NCBI GenBank assembly: GCA_905331295.1
Contig: CAJNYD010000033.1
Span: 186,001-250,000 of the forward strand
DNA: 64,000 nucleotides
Direction of reading: 5' to 3'
Origin: Rotaria socialis
Taxonomy: Eukaryota
Shown here piece by piece: positions 12,801 to 27,000 of the stretch; within the stretch, counting starts at the first letter, position 1; every line of letters starts with the position of its first letter. The translations under genes and the position numbers were made by a program. The notes beneath the pieces were generated by a model. The model was given only the letters and a program-made list of their open reading frames with translations. It made no database searches and was not told the origin of the DNA.

Positions 12801-15800
12801 GATTGAATAAATACTAAAAAAAACATTTTCTTGTATTTACACTTCTTGTTCTTTTTTTTTAAATGATAAATTTGGTTCAAATGTATACGATGCACTACTT
12901 CGCATACTTTGTCGATTATCAATCATACTTTTAGCTCGTGTTTTTCGCCTGAAAGATAATAATCAATAAATGATGAAAGAATAAAAAGAAAAAGAAGCAT
13001 CCAAGCAAAACAAAAACCTACTGATATTGTACAAGGAGAATGAACAAGGAAGAAGGAAAAAAAACGAAGAAGCGGCAATGTAAAATAAAATAAGCATACT
13101 CATCACTATCACCATCATCATCTATATCGCCATTGAATGATACGGTTGAATCATCTTGTTCATTCGATGACATGATCACATCATTATATTGTGGCAATGT
13201 TGAATCAGTTAAATCCAAATGAATTTGAGAAATCTCTTGATCATTAGTATTATAAATTATTGTAGGTTCTTCTTGATTATCATATGAACAATTTGAATCA
13301 ACGGATGAAACACGACGGGATGACATTCGCTCAAACAAAGATTTTGTGCGAGGTGTGCGCCTATACAATGCAATAAGCATGCAAACATAGGGTTAAGAGA
13401 CAACACACATGCTAGATTATAACAGGACGAAAGCGGGCTTTTTTTTACATTGGCCTTGCATTTTTGAACTTTTGTGTGAAGGGAAAAACAAAACCATTGA
13501 AAAATTACCTCCAGACAAGAGCTTCAAAGATGTTGGAAGATGATAAAGCACTAGCAATTATGAAATTTTTTTTTGTCTGTTATTATTACGATCAGATCTG
13601 GTTGTTGGAGATTAGACAAATATCTCATCGGTGATATAAACGATTATTTTATTGCTAACAGAAAAATTTCGCTCAAGTCAAAAATACGTACGAAATTATG
13701 TTCGATAAACACTAAACGAAATATTTCCTTCTATCAAAAATGTCAGACCAAGAGAAATAATGAATCTGAGCGAGAATACTGAAGAAAGGAACGGAAAACA
13801 TGCTTTCGATAAACGAAATGAATAAGTTCCAATAGAGGGCAAATGCCTGCGAAAGAAATAGAAAGTAATGCTGTACGTGAAGTAGTACAAAGAGTTTGTA
13901 AACAAGTTTTTTTTTTGAAGGATTCTCGTCGAAAGAAAGAATGTGAAAAATGAAGAAGAGTGATGTTTAGTATTTGTAAATTTTTCTATAGCATGGAAGT
14001 TGTTGTGTAGGCATAGATATCTTTTCTGAATGGTGGCGATACAACTGTTTACTATAGATCTACTATGCATACTTTGACTTCTGTGTATTTTTGTTTTGGT
14101 TTATTTTATAAACAGGAAGAAAAGAGAATTGATTTTTGACCTGAAATACATGTTTTCCGCTTGGAATAAGAATTTATCTCACTAATTGATTTCTTGTTCA
14201 CTACTGCTTCAAAAAGAAAGATATCTAGATGAGTACATACCTTATTGATTGTAAAATTGATGAATCATCTTCACCATCTTCACGTCGAAGTGCTGCCTAG
14301 AATTAAAAATTCTAATCAATAGTCGAAAATGATTAATCCAAGGACAAGTATAGTGCAGCGCTTTTCTTTCTCTTCATATATATCAGTGATTCTAAGCTAT
14401 TGTCGAGATTGTATAAATTGTTAAATCTGAAATAGAACCATTTCAATACTAAAACGATTGTCCACAATGTTTAACTATAATTTTTCGTACTAGACTATTC
14501 ACATTTGACTCAGAATCAGCTCATTTCGTGATAGCTTGTAATAGAAAATTGTCGTTTTGCGTAGAATCAAAATTATTGAACTCTTTCTATTTTACTATTA
14601 GTGTTAGAATAGAAATATTGAATGTGACTTTTTGTTTTCATTTTGAACGTACGTCAAAAATTTGAAATTGTTCAACAAGATCTGCTTCTATTGGTTTTCT
14701 ATTGATATAAAACTGTGTACATCTTTGCATTCCTTGCTGTTCTAATGAATCGGTCATATCATAAAATGTATCTTGATCAGGTATTACTGATAGAACTGTG
14801 TTAAATAATGTAATTATTAATAAAACAACTTCCGTTCCGGAATTATCCATTTCGTTTAAGATTTTCATGGCATTCGACCATAATGGACGTTTATCTGATT
14901 GATCAACTTGTGTTACAGCTGATAGAATTAATGAAGCATTTGATTCTGCATATTCAGCAAATACAATTAAAAGTTTTAAACTTGTCTTTACAACAAGTCG
15001 AAACTAGAATCAAAAATAATATTTGAAAGCAAAAGATCTATAAACGATGAAATCGAAGTTAAGCTTCTTATTTTATCAATAGTCAATGTAGATGTCAAGA
15101 GCCTTAGAGTTTATGGAACTTAATATTATTTATTCTTGATAGATCATCGATGCTATGCAATGTTTTCCTCTTGTCTTCAGTTCTTCTTATTTTTCGTTGT
15201 TTTTTAAATATAAGTACTTTTTTCTATTGTATTGAAAGCTATGTAAGAGTATGACAACATACTCTTCTTTTTCATTTTCTTTTACATTGATGACATTATT
15301 CACTTGTATGTACAACAATCAAAGAAGATCAAGGACAAGAAGTTCTTTTTTTCCTGAGCTGTGAAAATAACTATTGATTTCGAATTTTAAACTGTTGAAT
15401 ATTCTTTATGAGTAATAAAAATGGTGTTTTTGACTGGCTCTTAAAGAGTCTTTCTCACGCAGAAAAAAAGTAATGTGTTTGCATACATTATAGAACATAG
15501 TTAATCGATATGCATCTTACAATTGTGTGACGAATTTCATTTGCATCTGAATACTCAGCTGTGTCCTCCCCCTCTCCGTTAGGGTTGTTTTAAATTCTTT
15601 AGAAATAGAGAAGTGACTATTGGTAGTGAAACAAACGTGTTTTTTGTTGACTTTACTTTTTCGATGCTACTACCCTGAGGACAATTATGACTGAATTTTC
15701 GGACGACAATAAAAGTGATCAGAGAACTTTGTACCTCATCTAAATTGACATCGTTTTCTATGCTGATTCCTATACTAAACCTAATTACTCTGATCAAATA

Positions 15801-17292
15801 GCAGTCAAAAGGGCAACTTTTGGCGCTGAAATAAACATTTTGTGCTTGACTTAAATCTCTCGCTTATAAACTAATATGAACACAATAGAGCCAATATTTG
15901 AAACATTGGAAGCCGTATTGAATTACTTTTTAATTCAAAATGAATCGCTTCTATTAAAGATTAATAGAAGGAAGCTTCGCTATGTCCTTCCTCTTAATGT
16001 GCATGAGAGAGTACATCGTTATCGAAGTAGGAAGAGAACAGATCGATATTTTGTCGTCGTCATCTATGTCATTCGATATAAAAATGACAAATTATTGTAA
16101 GAACTGAAGAATCGAGACAAACTGTCCATATGACATAAAATTGCGTAATACTATAAATAAAATATAATATCCAATTTTGAGTCAGCTGTAGACAGTCGAC
16201 ATACAATCTAACGATTCAGGTCGTACAAACTATCAATTCTAGTCGCCTGAGCTGCCTATCGACAAAACTAAGAAAATGAATTTCATCGCATAGAGATCCT
16301 GGTTCTTTCATATTAAAGGAAACTATTCTTTTTGCATACATTTGATTCTACTAATGAATAAAGCCATTGAACAACTTCATTTTGATTTATGACAGCATTC
16401 ATTCCATCAACATATAACATTAATTGGCCAAGTGCTATTCAGTAAAAATGTTCATTTGAAATATTTCAATCAAAAATATTTCATTTCTACCTCGTAAAAT
16501 ATAATTTTGATAGTTTTGATCGGCTGCGCCGCCAATTTTTATTAAACATTGTAAACCTTGATTATTAACAAACTCATGCACAAGATCTTTATCATCCTTA
16601 AAACAACAATAACGAAAAATATAATAAATCGATTTTTTTTTCTTTACTTGAAAAATTTGTTTCAATGAAAAAAGTGATCTTCGTAATTCACGCCCATCTG
16701 AATTCAATAGTTTATCTAGACAGAAAAATATAATTTTATTTAGTGAACAACGTAAAAAATATTTCATTTTTTAAATATCTACCAATGCAAGCTTGAACTC
16801 GAACATTAAGCTGTGTGCGAAGAACAATTGACCATTTAAACCTTAGAAAAATAAAAATGAATACATTTTCGACCATCAGAATATGACAAACAAACCCTTG
16901 TGTAAATGCTTCAATATCTTCACGTTGCTCATCTAGGGTTTGGTCTAATTCAAGGTAAGGTCCAAATTCTGTTTTAGATCCATCTTGGCGGCATAATTCA
17001 AGTGTACTATCAGAAATCTTTAAATATAGGAAAAAATTTGGATTAGCTATACGATCTTTTAAATGAATTCAATTACTTTATGTGGTGCATCGAGAATTTT
17101 ATGTACACTATGTAATTGATTACTTAAAACAGTTGATGTCAAAAATGTGAAGGACGGAGGTCTAGCTGGTTCTGGTAAATTGACACTTGAAAATGGATCG
17201 ATATCATCAAGAAATTGTATTCGACACTGTAATGTTGACGACGATGGATTGCTATTGTCAGTAAAAATCCCTTTTCCTTGTGTTTGCCACAT
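6873..17292 (-). CDS. FHOD: FH1/FH2 formin of the FHOD1/3 subfamily, multi-exon
   Basis: N-terminal [30 protein letters not shown] and [24 protein letters not shown] (FHOD GBD/FH3); poly-Pro FH1 at ~11810-12000; FH2 ([32 protein letters not shown]); C-terminal DAD ([12 protein letters not shown]...RQS/LRRTL); stop at 6873-6875. An in-frame stop lies upstream of ATG 17292. Confidence 0.92.
10498..10801. mobile_element. hAT-like MITE in a formin intron
   Basis: Perfect TIRs CAAGGGGGAAACGGCGGATT / AATCCGCCGTTTCCCCCTTG; 8-bp TSD ATTCAAGT at 10490-10497 and 10802-10809. Confidence 0.9.
11145..11210. repeat. (GA)n and (CA)n microsatellites in a formin intron
   Basis: agagagagagagagagagagag followed by cacacacacacacaca, read directly. 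Confidence 0.9.
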
Positions 17293-18378
17293 ACTGTTCG
17301 ATGCGTTCGAACAAATTTTTGTCACTTGTAACTTTTTACTTTACCATCTACAACATAAAAAAAAAAACATATTTATGACATGACAGATCGCGTCGTTGAA
17401 AATGGTGGAATTTTATTTTTTATGTTTACGATCATGAAGTCTAGTCGGGTAAATAAAACTTTTTTTTATCAATATGTCAAGAGAGAAATGCGCTTTGTAG
17501 AAAGAAAGCTTTTTGTATTTATAATGAATATGGAAGGACCCTTTTTATCCATTTGTTATATGAAGAACAATGAATGTCAACATATATGTATGAATGGACA
17601 AATGAAGGGTAAAAAACTGATGTTCTTGAGGACATGTAAACAGCCTATCTCGGTTATCAGATGGAAACCAACAGTATCATAACGAACTATAGACAGAACT
17701 CCTGAAGGTATCATCATTAAATGATTTTTGTTGTTGTTCTTCTTCTTCTTCCTGAAGAAGAAAAATTCTTACGCAATGAAAGCATACAAAAGTTTCTCTG
17801 TATTGTCTACTATATTCAACAAAATAATGAAACTCAATAGAACAAGAGAAAAAAAGAATACAGCAACGTTCTCTGTACATATTTGCTAGTGAGTCTCTAG
17901 AAAAAAGAAGAAAGAATAGTTATCGTTTACTATTCTTTCGTTACATGTGGACGTCTATCGTCTCACCGCCCCTTGATATTATTGACGACACGCATAAGCT
18001 TCTTAGAGATTGACTTATTTTCTTCGTGTCTATAGACAAAGCGTAAAGAGGCATGAATGATATTATTGTCAACTTCTTCTGATAAGAATGGGATGATAAT
18101 GAGACACAAAAAGCAAAATGATTTGTTCGACGTGACAGCGATGGATAGTAATGAGAAATATAACAAATAATACTATAGAATCTAATGTTGTATACGTTTT
18201 CGATATGAGCAATATTTTTCAAGCAGAAACTTTTTTCTTAATATATACTACGATAAATTACATTTTTATATGAGCTAATCATCTTTCGTCACTCGATCGA
18301 TACCATAAAAGTAGAAAAAACAAAACAAATTGAGATCAATTGCAATATATTTTTTTGCTTTTATACTTAAATTAAAAA

Positions 18379-20922
18379 TCAATTAGACGATGGACAAGAA
18401 CAACAAGGAGAAATAGGAAAAAATGCTGAGCCTGGGTTACTTATAGTGACATGTGGAATGCGATGTATTCGAATGTATTGATCAAGAAATAATCGGTCAT
18501 AACGTTGATGAAGGCCAATAGAATGAAAATTCTTTTTAGTCATCTGTTGATTATTATCGATATTTGACTGTGATAATTGGTTTAATAAGCGTGATAAACG
18601 ATTGCCAATGTTAATAAAAGAGTTCAAACTAAATAAAGAAAATAATTTATTGATTATGTCATTGAATAAAGAATACATTCTATTCTATTCGAGTATTTTT
18701 ACAATGATTTTACTTACGTTACGTTCTTTTGTAATCGATTACGATCATTAGGTGTTATTTTAACAATTAACCGTAAAATTGAATCGTTTGCATGAAAAAT
18801 AATTTCATTATCACAATCAATAAATACATCATAAATGTGTGTTTTGTCTTTAAAAATTATTTCTGTTGTGCAACCAATATAACTTTGTTCATTACTAAGC
18901 ATTGTTAAATCCGTAATATTAACAAAAAACAATGGATTAACAGATTGATTAATTATGTGTGTAAAATAAACTATGATGAAAGTCTTAGCTCGTTAAAGAT
19001 AGAAAAACAAAAGTATCTACCTGCATTGCACAAAGATCCAATTGGTGAACGCGAGTAAAGTAAAATACGTTTACCCAGAAGGATTAACCTTGTAAGTGGA
19101 AAGATAGATGGACCAAATTGTTGAATGAATTCCGCAAATAAATTGTCCTACAAGTAATCAATCAAACGTTGTCGAGTACAACTAATACGATCACTTAGCA
19201 TTGACTTTGTTCTTTGTTCGCAAAGAAACAAGTCGACTCAAGTTATAATCGATATTACGCTAATTTAACAAACAGAGAAATAATTAAAATTTATATTTTC
19301 TTCTCTAGAGAACTTTCTACTTAAGGACAAACATCTTCAAAACTAACATAATCTAATCTTATGTTTTTTCAATAAACAAATTTGTTTTTTCAAATGTAAG
19401 AAATATTACATATATCTATGGCATGACATATCAGTTGTAACACATGTTATGTCGATTATCTTCTAGTGCAATATATAAAACACATTTGATATGTATCGTA
19501 TCATAGAAATAGAAAACACTGATCTAATTTTAACAGATTCTACATGATATCTTACATAAATAGAAACTGGAACAGATGTTGGTTGACCATGTTGTAGAAG
19601 AAGTCGTTTTAAACGATCATAGTCGGCTGATGATTGATTAAGATAAGTTCTAAATATCAATAAGTTGATCATTTCTACTGTTAGACTATATGGACTAACC
19701 ACCTAGCTTCAGTTTGTAAAAATGCAAGATACGACTGTATATGTATCATAGATGAAGTTAAAATACCAACAGATTTAATACGCATACCGCGTTGTGATTG
19801 ATCGACTACTGACAAAGCTGATCCATCATCCTCATCTTTTACAGCATCAACACGTACTATACAAGCCAATCCATATTTACTTTCATGACGAAAATATCTA
19901 AACAAATACTATCATTATCAAAATATGTCAAACGAAATATTCTTTGAAATTTTTATTCTTTTTTATGTCTAAATACTAACGTCGATTCTCATGCGTTCGT
20001 TTTGATTCATCGAGTGAAACAAAATTATTTTTCAAATGTAACCTTTCTTAGAACTTAATTTGCCTAACATGAAGTAGACGCATTCAATGAACTTGAAATT
20101 TTATCTAATGTTATTTGATATTTTCAAGGTAATCATCATGATTCTTGTTCAAGTCAAATTTTCCGATATCATTTTATCTTAGAAATGAGTTCAAGGTCTA
20201 TTTATTTTTATTATACAGTTATTTGAAATTAAAAAAAAACTCCTAAATGAACTTTTTCTTAAACGAGTAGATAATAATTCAGAAAATACATATATTATTT
20301 TCCGTTATCATATAGACTTTCTCTTAAGCAAGGAAAAACATGGCTAATTTGATTTCTAATAGTATATGATTTTTGTAGAAGTTTATATAGAGAGGTAACT
20401 AGCGTTATCTTTTATGATTAAAACCATGGTAACCACGGATGTCCATATGGTTCATAGTGCTCGAACCTACCTAAACTGTATATGGGTCTATCTTTTATAT
20501 TTTATTGTAAAATATCTGTTATTAGTAAAAATAAATTTGCACATCAATGATTGTTGCTTTTCTAGATACTTAACCTTCATAGATATTATAAGTACAAGAT
20601 AATTGCGAACGACAAAAGAAACACAAATCGTTCTTACACAAAATCTTCATGAATATGATGGGATCCACTTGGTAGTGCTTTGTATTCTACACCATTTAAT
20701 GGCATTTGTTCTTTTTCTGGCATTTGAAATTCAATTGTATTACCTTGAATAGTTATATAGAATAGTAGATAAAAAGAAAACTTGAATTAGAGTTTTACCA
20801 TATGTAACGTCAAAAGTAACAACAAAAATTGCTTCAACGTTTGGTTGACTATCTTCTGATGTTATTAATTGCTCATCATCATCGTCACCATTCAATAATG
20901 GTACATCATCATCATCAGTCAT
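18379..20922 (-). CDS. DENND11: DENN domain protein 11 (LCHN/KIAA1147)-like, multi-exon
   Basis: AIFVVTFDVTYGNTIEFQ, GVEYKALPSGSHHIHEDFV-YFRH...YGLAC, QRGMRIKSVGIL, FGPSIFPLTRLILLGKRILLYS, PLFFVNITDL...SYIGCTTEIIFKDK; these match the LCHN/Avl9-like DENN family. Confidence 0.82.
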
Positions 20923-22181
20923 TTAGTTCTCGTGGTTATCTTCAACGAAATAAAAATGAATTTGATAGCACCTGTAAAAACACTTCTAGAATAGAAACAA
21001 ATGATTTTTAATTTTTCATTAATATTCTTTTATTTGTGATGCACGATAATAATATTATTGTATAAATTTTGATTTGCAAACTAAAAAAATAACATCAGGT
21101 AAGCACGAGACCATATTTTTACTGAAAATCAATTGATTAATCATTTAATTGTAGGTAAAAAGAACCAATGAAATACACCTTTACATTTTAACTAACGACA
21201 TCTCCAATGAATTTTTTTCATGCACTTCGATGAACTGCAATAATCAACTATTTTCTTAGTATTATCGTTCATTAACTGAAATCTTCCGTAAATGAATATT
21301 GAAATGTGTATGGTGAGGCTTTCATCTTTACATTAGTACTCAAGGACATGATACATCAATATCTTATCTATTCATATTACTGACATTGAATGATACAGAG
21401 TCCAAACTATCTAATAAGAATCTTTTAGCACGGCCAAGATTTGACTTAGGATTTACGAAGCACGCTTACAGTGAGCTGTGGAAGCTGGCAACAGTGTTTC
21501 AGAACATTCGATAACATCTACGATTATGCACATGAATAATATGGTGTTATTTTAATTCAACTCTCTTCGATGAACACGATAGAAGTACTACTGCATATGC
21601 ATATGAGTAGATATAATTCTTGTTATATTTACCCACAGATGTTATATAATCCTATTTCACTTGATATCGGTATGGAAGCGCCATAATAGTCTACAGCATA
21701 GAGTATTCACGTTATGCATATTGACTTCTTAAATGAAGGATAATTTATGAAGTAGTAAAATAATCGTAGCTTTAAACCAGTACCCACTCCAAAAGCTGAA
21801 AATTTCTGGTTGGTTTGATGTATTATCCTTTGGATATTCTATATAGGATATCACTGTATTCTAAAAAAAAGTAAATGAGAGTGAATAGTTACAAATATAG
21901 TACGAATGATGAGCGAAGGCAAGGGATAGTCGCAATTATATCATCAGTTAAGGTCTCAGGTGATATTTGGGAACTCAAATGCTACAGTCAAGTTACAGAA
22001 TATGATACTCCTCAGGAGAATGCATTGTAACTACTTATTGAGGAAAATATGGATAACGGGTGTAATGGAATTATAAGATCGCTCTGCTTTTGTACTCTTA
22101 GTGTTGTTTTTAATGAAACAATTTTATTGTAGGTATCAGCGAGCAAACTGCGTACACAAGAAACTAGCTGAATAATGTTAA

Positions 22182-23184
22182 TCATTCTTGAATAGTAGCT
22201 GCCCATTTTTCATAGTTTTCTTTTTGCCGTTCCATTTCTCGATTAGTTAATTCCCACACATTAATTTCACTTGTTCTCGCATATGGCACTGGTCCATATT
22301 CTGGTGTCAAAGTTATCCATTTCCTATTCTTCTGTTCGTTCCAAACCATTTCCCACCATTTTTGCATTTGCTCACTTTCTTCCTTTGATTCCCGAGGATC
22401 ATCCACTTGTGCATGCTGAGTTGAGCCGACACGCGCATGAATATGATCAACTCTAGATGCAAATAGACGAAAACGTTCGTCATCAGTAGGATGTTGTAAA
22501 AGACGTTCACACACGACCGGAAAGTGGGAATAGTCAGCAGTTAGACGAAGAGTTGGGAATCGATTGACCATATCAGCAGTAACGAACGGATTGTAGAGTG
22601 CACGACTTCGGTGGGTCTGAAATCAATCAAATTTTAAAAAAAGAAACAAAATTTTTATGTAGGAAAAAAATTTCACGGCAGATCGACTAATATTAAGTAA
22701 GTAAAGAATCTCATAATTTTATTTATAAGTCAGATATGAAGCTCACTTCGTGTGATGATGTGATTTGAGGAAATTTTGCTTGAATTTCTAATGCTTTTTC
22801 AAAATATTCTTCTTTCTGTTTAGTTGACCATGAATCTTGTCCTCCTTGAATATTCACGTGTATAGGTTTGAACTGTATGAGTTCGTTTAATTGTTTTTCT
22901 AGATTAGCCAAATGCTCATCAATGGATAAATCATGCCATACATCCGGTTCAGAAGGATAGAAACTCGTGACAACAGTACCGATTAATTCGAGTTTGTGAT
23001 CATGTAAAGCTTGTTGAAAAACGTTGCTATCATTGTTTGAAAGACGTGCAATATCGCTCAGTGATGCTTCAATACCTGTATAGCCCAGTCGATGAAGTTC
23101 AGCAAAAAGAACATTAATATCGGCCGAAAACTGAGCTTCAATGCCCCAAAGAACACGAAAGATTTTTAATTGAGGTGCAGGCAT
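22182..23184 (-). CDS. Xylose-isomerase-like TIM-barrel sugar-phosphate isomerase/epimerase, bacterial-type; 2 exons (23184-22747, 22616-22182), ~290 aa
   Basis: Motifs GYTGIE, HVNIQGGQDSW, HE/THRSRALYNP, LTADYSHF, HIHARVG, TPEYGPVPY; a single 130-nt GT-AG intron joins the two ORFs in frame. Confidence 0.8.
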
Positions 23185-24037
23185 TGTTTGTGGGTAAGAA
23201 ACAAATTGTAACAGTATTTTATTAATAGATCTGCTATCGAACTAGCAAACACGATAAGAAGAAAAAAGATTGTTATCTTCCAACATTTAACTCAGTTCTT
23301 GAAGATTTCTCTTTTATAAAGGACGTGCAGTATGATTATGCTCGTTGTTTCGAGGCCGAAAGTCAGATTTTACACAATGAAGGATGGATTTTATTAGCTT
23401 TCTAAGTAGCCAACCTCTGTTTTTGAATCATTAATACAAGGCGCGAGTTTTCTATTCGCCCACACTACGATCCTCAAAAGATTAGCATAAAAGTGCTAAA
23501 TCACTTCTGATAATTTCCTCATAAATCATGATGACTAAGATTTTTATCTTCAAATTTTCTTTAGTCTTACAATTCTATTAAGTGAGCACGAAGGTGCATG
23601 TAAGGTGAAAATATGTAGCCAAAGTGTAGTACAGAGACGGCTAATAACCGCACTTACACTCAATAGGAGGTTCTTATTCTACGAGATGTTGATATAGAAC
23701 TTTTGTTGGTTTAATTAAGTGGCTATTAAATCCTGAAAGACTTTATTGAGAGTGCTAGATGAACTCAATAGGATCAAATCGTGATGATCTCGTGTAATTG
23801 AAAAACCTGCAAAAATTCTTTTATATTTATTTTTCCGAAATACTCGACAATTTGCTTACAGTAACTGAGTATTAAAACAGTATCAAATTAACGTTATGAT
23901 GCAAATCAAATTATATGCACTCCATTTGCGGTTCATATTAAAGGTCATTAAAAGCGTCGGTTTTGTTAGTATACTTTATTTTAATTAAATTGGTAAAAAC
24001 GAAAGGAATGTTTTATTTTTATTCCATCTGTCCATAG

Positions 24038-27000
24038 TTAACCATTGTCCTCATCAGATTCGTAATTCTTGTCGTTCCATTTTGGCTCAAAGTCCTTGGG
24101 TAATGCTTCAATATTAGATGGATATAACTTTTCATCATAAGATTCTTCATCAACCATTTTCCTACGAGCATAGTGCGAAACAAGAACATGTCGCACAATC
24201 ATCCAAGCTCGACGCTGTTCAGTTGGTGGAATATCGTTGCTACAAGCGTTCCCTGTGGTAGCGAGTTCATTTAGGTTATTATACCAATCGGGATGGTATT
24301 GACTATAATATTTTTGCAGTGGAGAGACATATTCATCGTCACCAATATACATTCTAGATGTCATCCAATACTGGTAGCAAAGCTTGAGAACTGGTGTGTG
24401 CTTTTTGTAATATGTTCTTCCGAAAAATGCCTCTGCAATATGATGAGGAGTCCCATGAACTACCATGAGCTGTGGTTTTGGTGGATTACAACTGCAACTA
24501 GCAGGTGCACATTCACACTGGTGCCATGGCTTCACTAGCTCTTCCTCATGGGGCTCTGGTCGGCTACACTTTGCACCACAGCCAGGACATCGACTTTGAC
24601 AACCGAGTTGTCGTGATATTCTCATTCTACATCCATTGTAAGCGTTCTTTTTCACATCTCTTGTCAATGCCACCACACGATCAGGAATCTTATCGAAGCT
24701 GTCCAGAAGCGTTTTGAAGCCTTGTTTAAAATTCATAAGACTGTGAATTGGTAGCGATATGATTCCTTTGAATGTAAACATATTGCCAACATTGCTTCCT
24801 AATAAGCCCTTATCAAGTATACTTTTTTCGATCTCATCAGCAATTAAACGGGCATTATTAAGTTGGCTTTGTTGCGCAGTATCATTAACGATATTGAACA
24901 CATCTATAATAAATTGTTCAGCATCCCGCATATACATGTAAATAACAGCTTCAAATTTTGTATTTATCTCACGAAAACTTAGTTCACGAAAATAACGATT
25001 GATATCCAAAACATACTTTAAAATTTTTTCTCCGTTGCCTTGTTCAAAACTTTCTTGATAGGCTTGATTTTGAACGGCATCATGATTAATAAATTGACTC
25101 CTTCCAATCTCTTCGGTTATATCATGCAGGATTTTATCAAGTAATATACGACCAGTTTCGTTAAAAATTTCTTCGCTCATAATGGTGGCCATATTTTTGC
25201 CTTGTTCAAATGAATTGTGCATGTGATCAATTTGAGTTTTCAGATTCTCTCGCCATGTTGCCAAATCATTACGTGCCTTTTCTATATCTTTCTCGTGACG
25301 ATGTTGTTCAGTTTTGATGATTTCTTCGATTAATTTTCTAAGAGCAATAACAGCAACATCCAACAGAAAATGATGTGGTACCAAGTGCTTTCGCTCATTT
25401 ACGATTATCTCGTTATTATAGAAATTTTGAATGTAAGTCAGTGTATGTGAAATGATACACGGATCTGAAGAACGTTGAGCTCGTATCATCTGAGTTATAT
25501 CATCACGCAGTTGAGGAAAGCATCCTTCGACAATCTTTAATAAACGTTTTTTGTGTTTATTATTGTAATGTTTCTCATGAAACCAAGATTCTACTTTACA
25601 ATAAAATAACTCCCATATTCTTTCTTCGTTCTCTTTATTACCATTATTTCCGAAAATATTTACAAGACGGCGCAAGAAAGAAATATTTGAAGGTTGTTTA
25701 GGTTGTGTGTAGCTTATAACACATCGATAGATTTCTTCCAACTCTTGCGAACGTTTTTGAAACTGATTAACGTCTAATGTGTGCAGTAAATTATAAACGC
25801 TCTGTGTGGTTGCGTTTGCAGCTTTTATACTTAAGTCTGAATTGTAAAACTTGATAACTCTCAACTCGATTTGATCTGGTGCCTCCGATTCTGATAGAAT
25901 TCTCTGCGTACATCTTTCAAGCTCCTCTTGATAGACCTTATTTATTCGAACTTGTAATTGTTCCGTGTTCAAATTTATGTTTCTATCGAATTCTTCCTGG
26001 ACAGCGCCGATAAGTCGATGTTGTGCATTCGAAACTCGTACATCATGAATTCTTTTATGTAAGGATTCTTCGAATTCCGCTCGTAACAACCCTTGAATAT
26101 TTAAAATGGGTGGCTCAATCAACTTTGCCACCTTTTCTTTGATTTCTGGTGGAAAGCAGCTGCGTTGCGTTTTTGAATTATAATCATTAGATGCTTCTTC
26201 CATAATATTTCTATGAGTAGTCTGCATCGCTGCGTAGAACTGAGTAGAGAAATGAGTGATATCCAATTGTGAACAATTATTAGGCGTAATTTCTGATAAT
26301 ATTTTAGTGATATGCTGTCTACCTTGATTGTGTATAACTATGATACAGCTTTCTGTAATGCTCCGTGCAATTTCTCGTAGTTCATTCTTCATAGAAAGTT
26401 CATAAAGTGTTTTGCATGCTAGTAAATTAGGGCCTAGATTATCAATTGCATCCCAGTTGCTAACGATCTTCTGGTACAATTGTCGTATATCATGATAGAT
26501 TTGACTACCAGTCTCAAATAAACTCATCGAAATTATCTTTCGTAGTTCATTAATTTTCATAGGAAATGTACGGTTGCGCCAGGTTTGTTCGATCTCCAAA
26601 ATAGAATTGTAATCACTAGAAAATGCATTTGGTAATAAAATAATATTCCGTTCATTGATTTCGAATTCGTCGTCAATCGATGATTTCAGAAATTTACAAT
26701 CATTGTATAAGTTTTCTTTAAACTTAGCAAGTTGTTTAATGAATATATCCATCGCATTAGTATCTGATTGATCACGCAAGATAAATAAGAGTTTTGGCTT
26801 TAGAGGAGATCGAATTTGTAGTTTTGCATAGAAACTCATGCCAACTAGATGCTCCAAATTAGCACTTAATTCACCTTTGTGATTAACAAGTACCATATGT
26901 GAAGTCAGCATTGCCATCGATACCATTTGATTATCAAATATTGAGCCTGACTCTTCAAGTGACAAAAGACCTTCTGTATCGAATATGACGATTGGATGAG

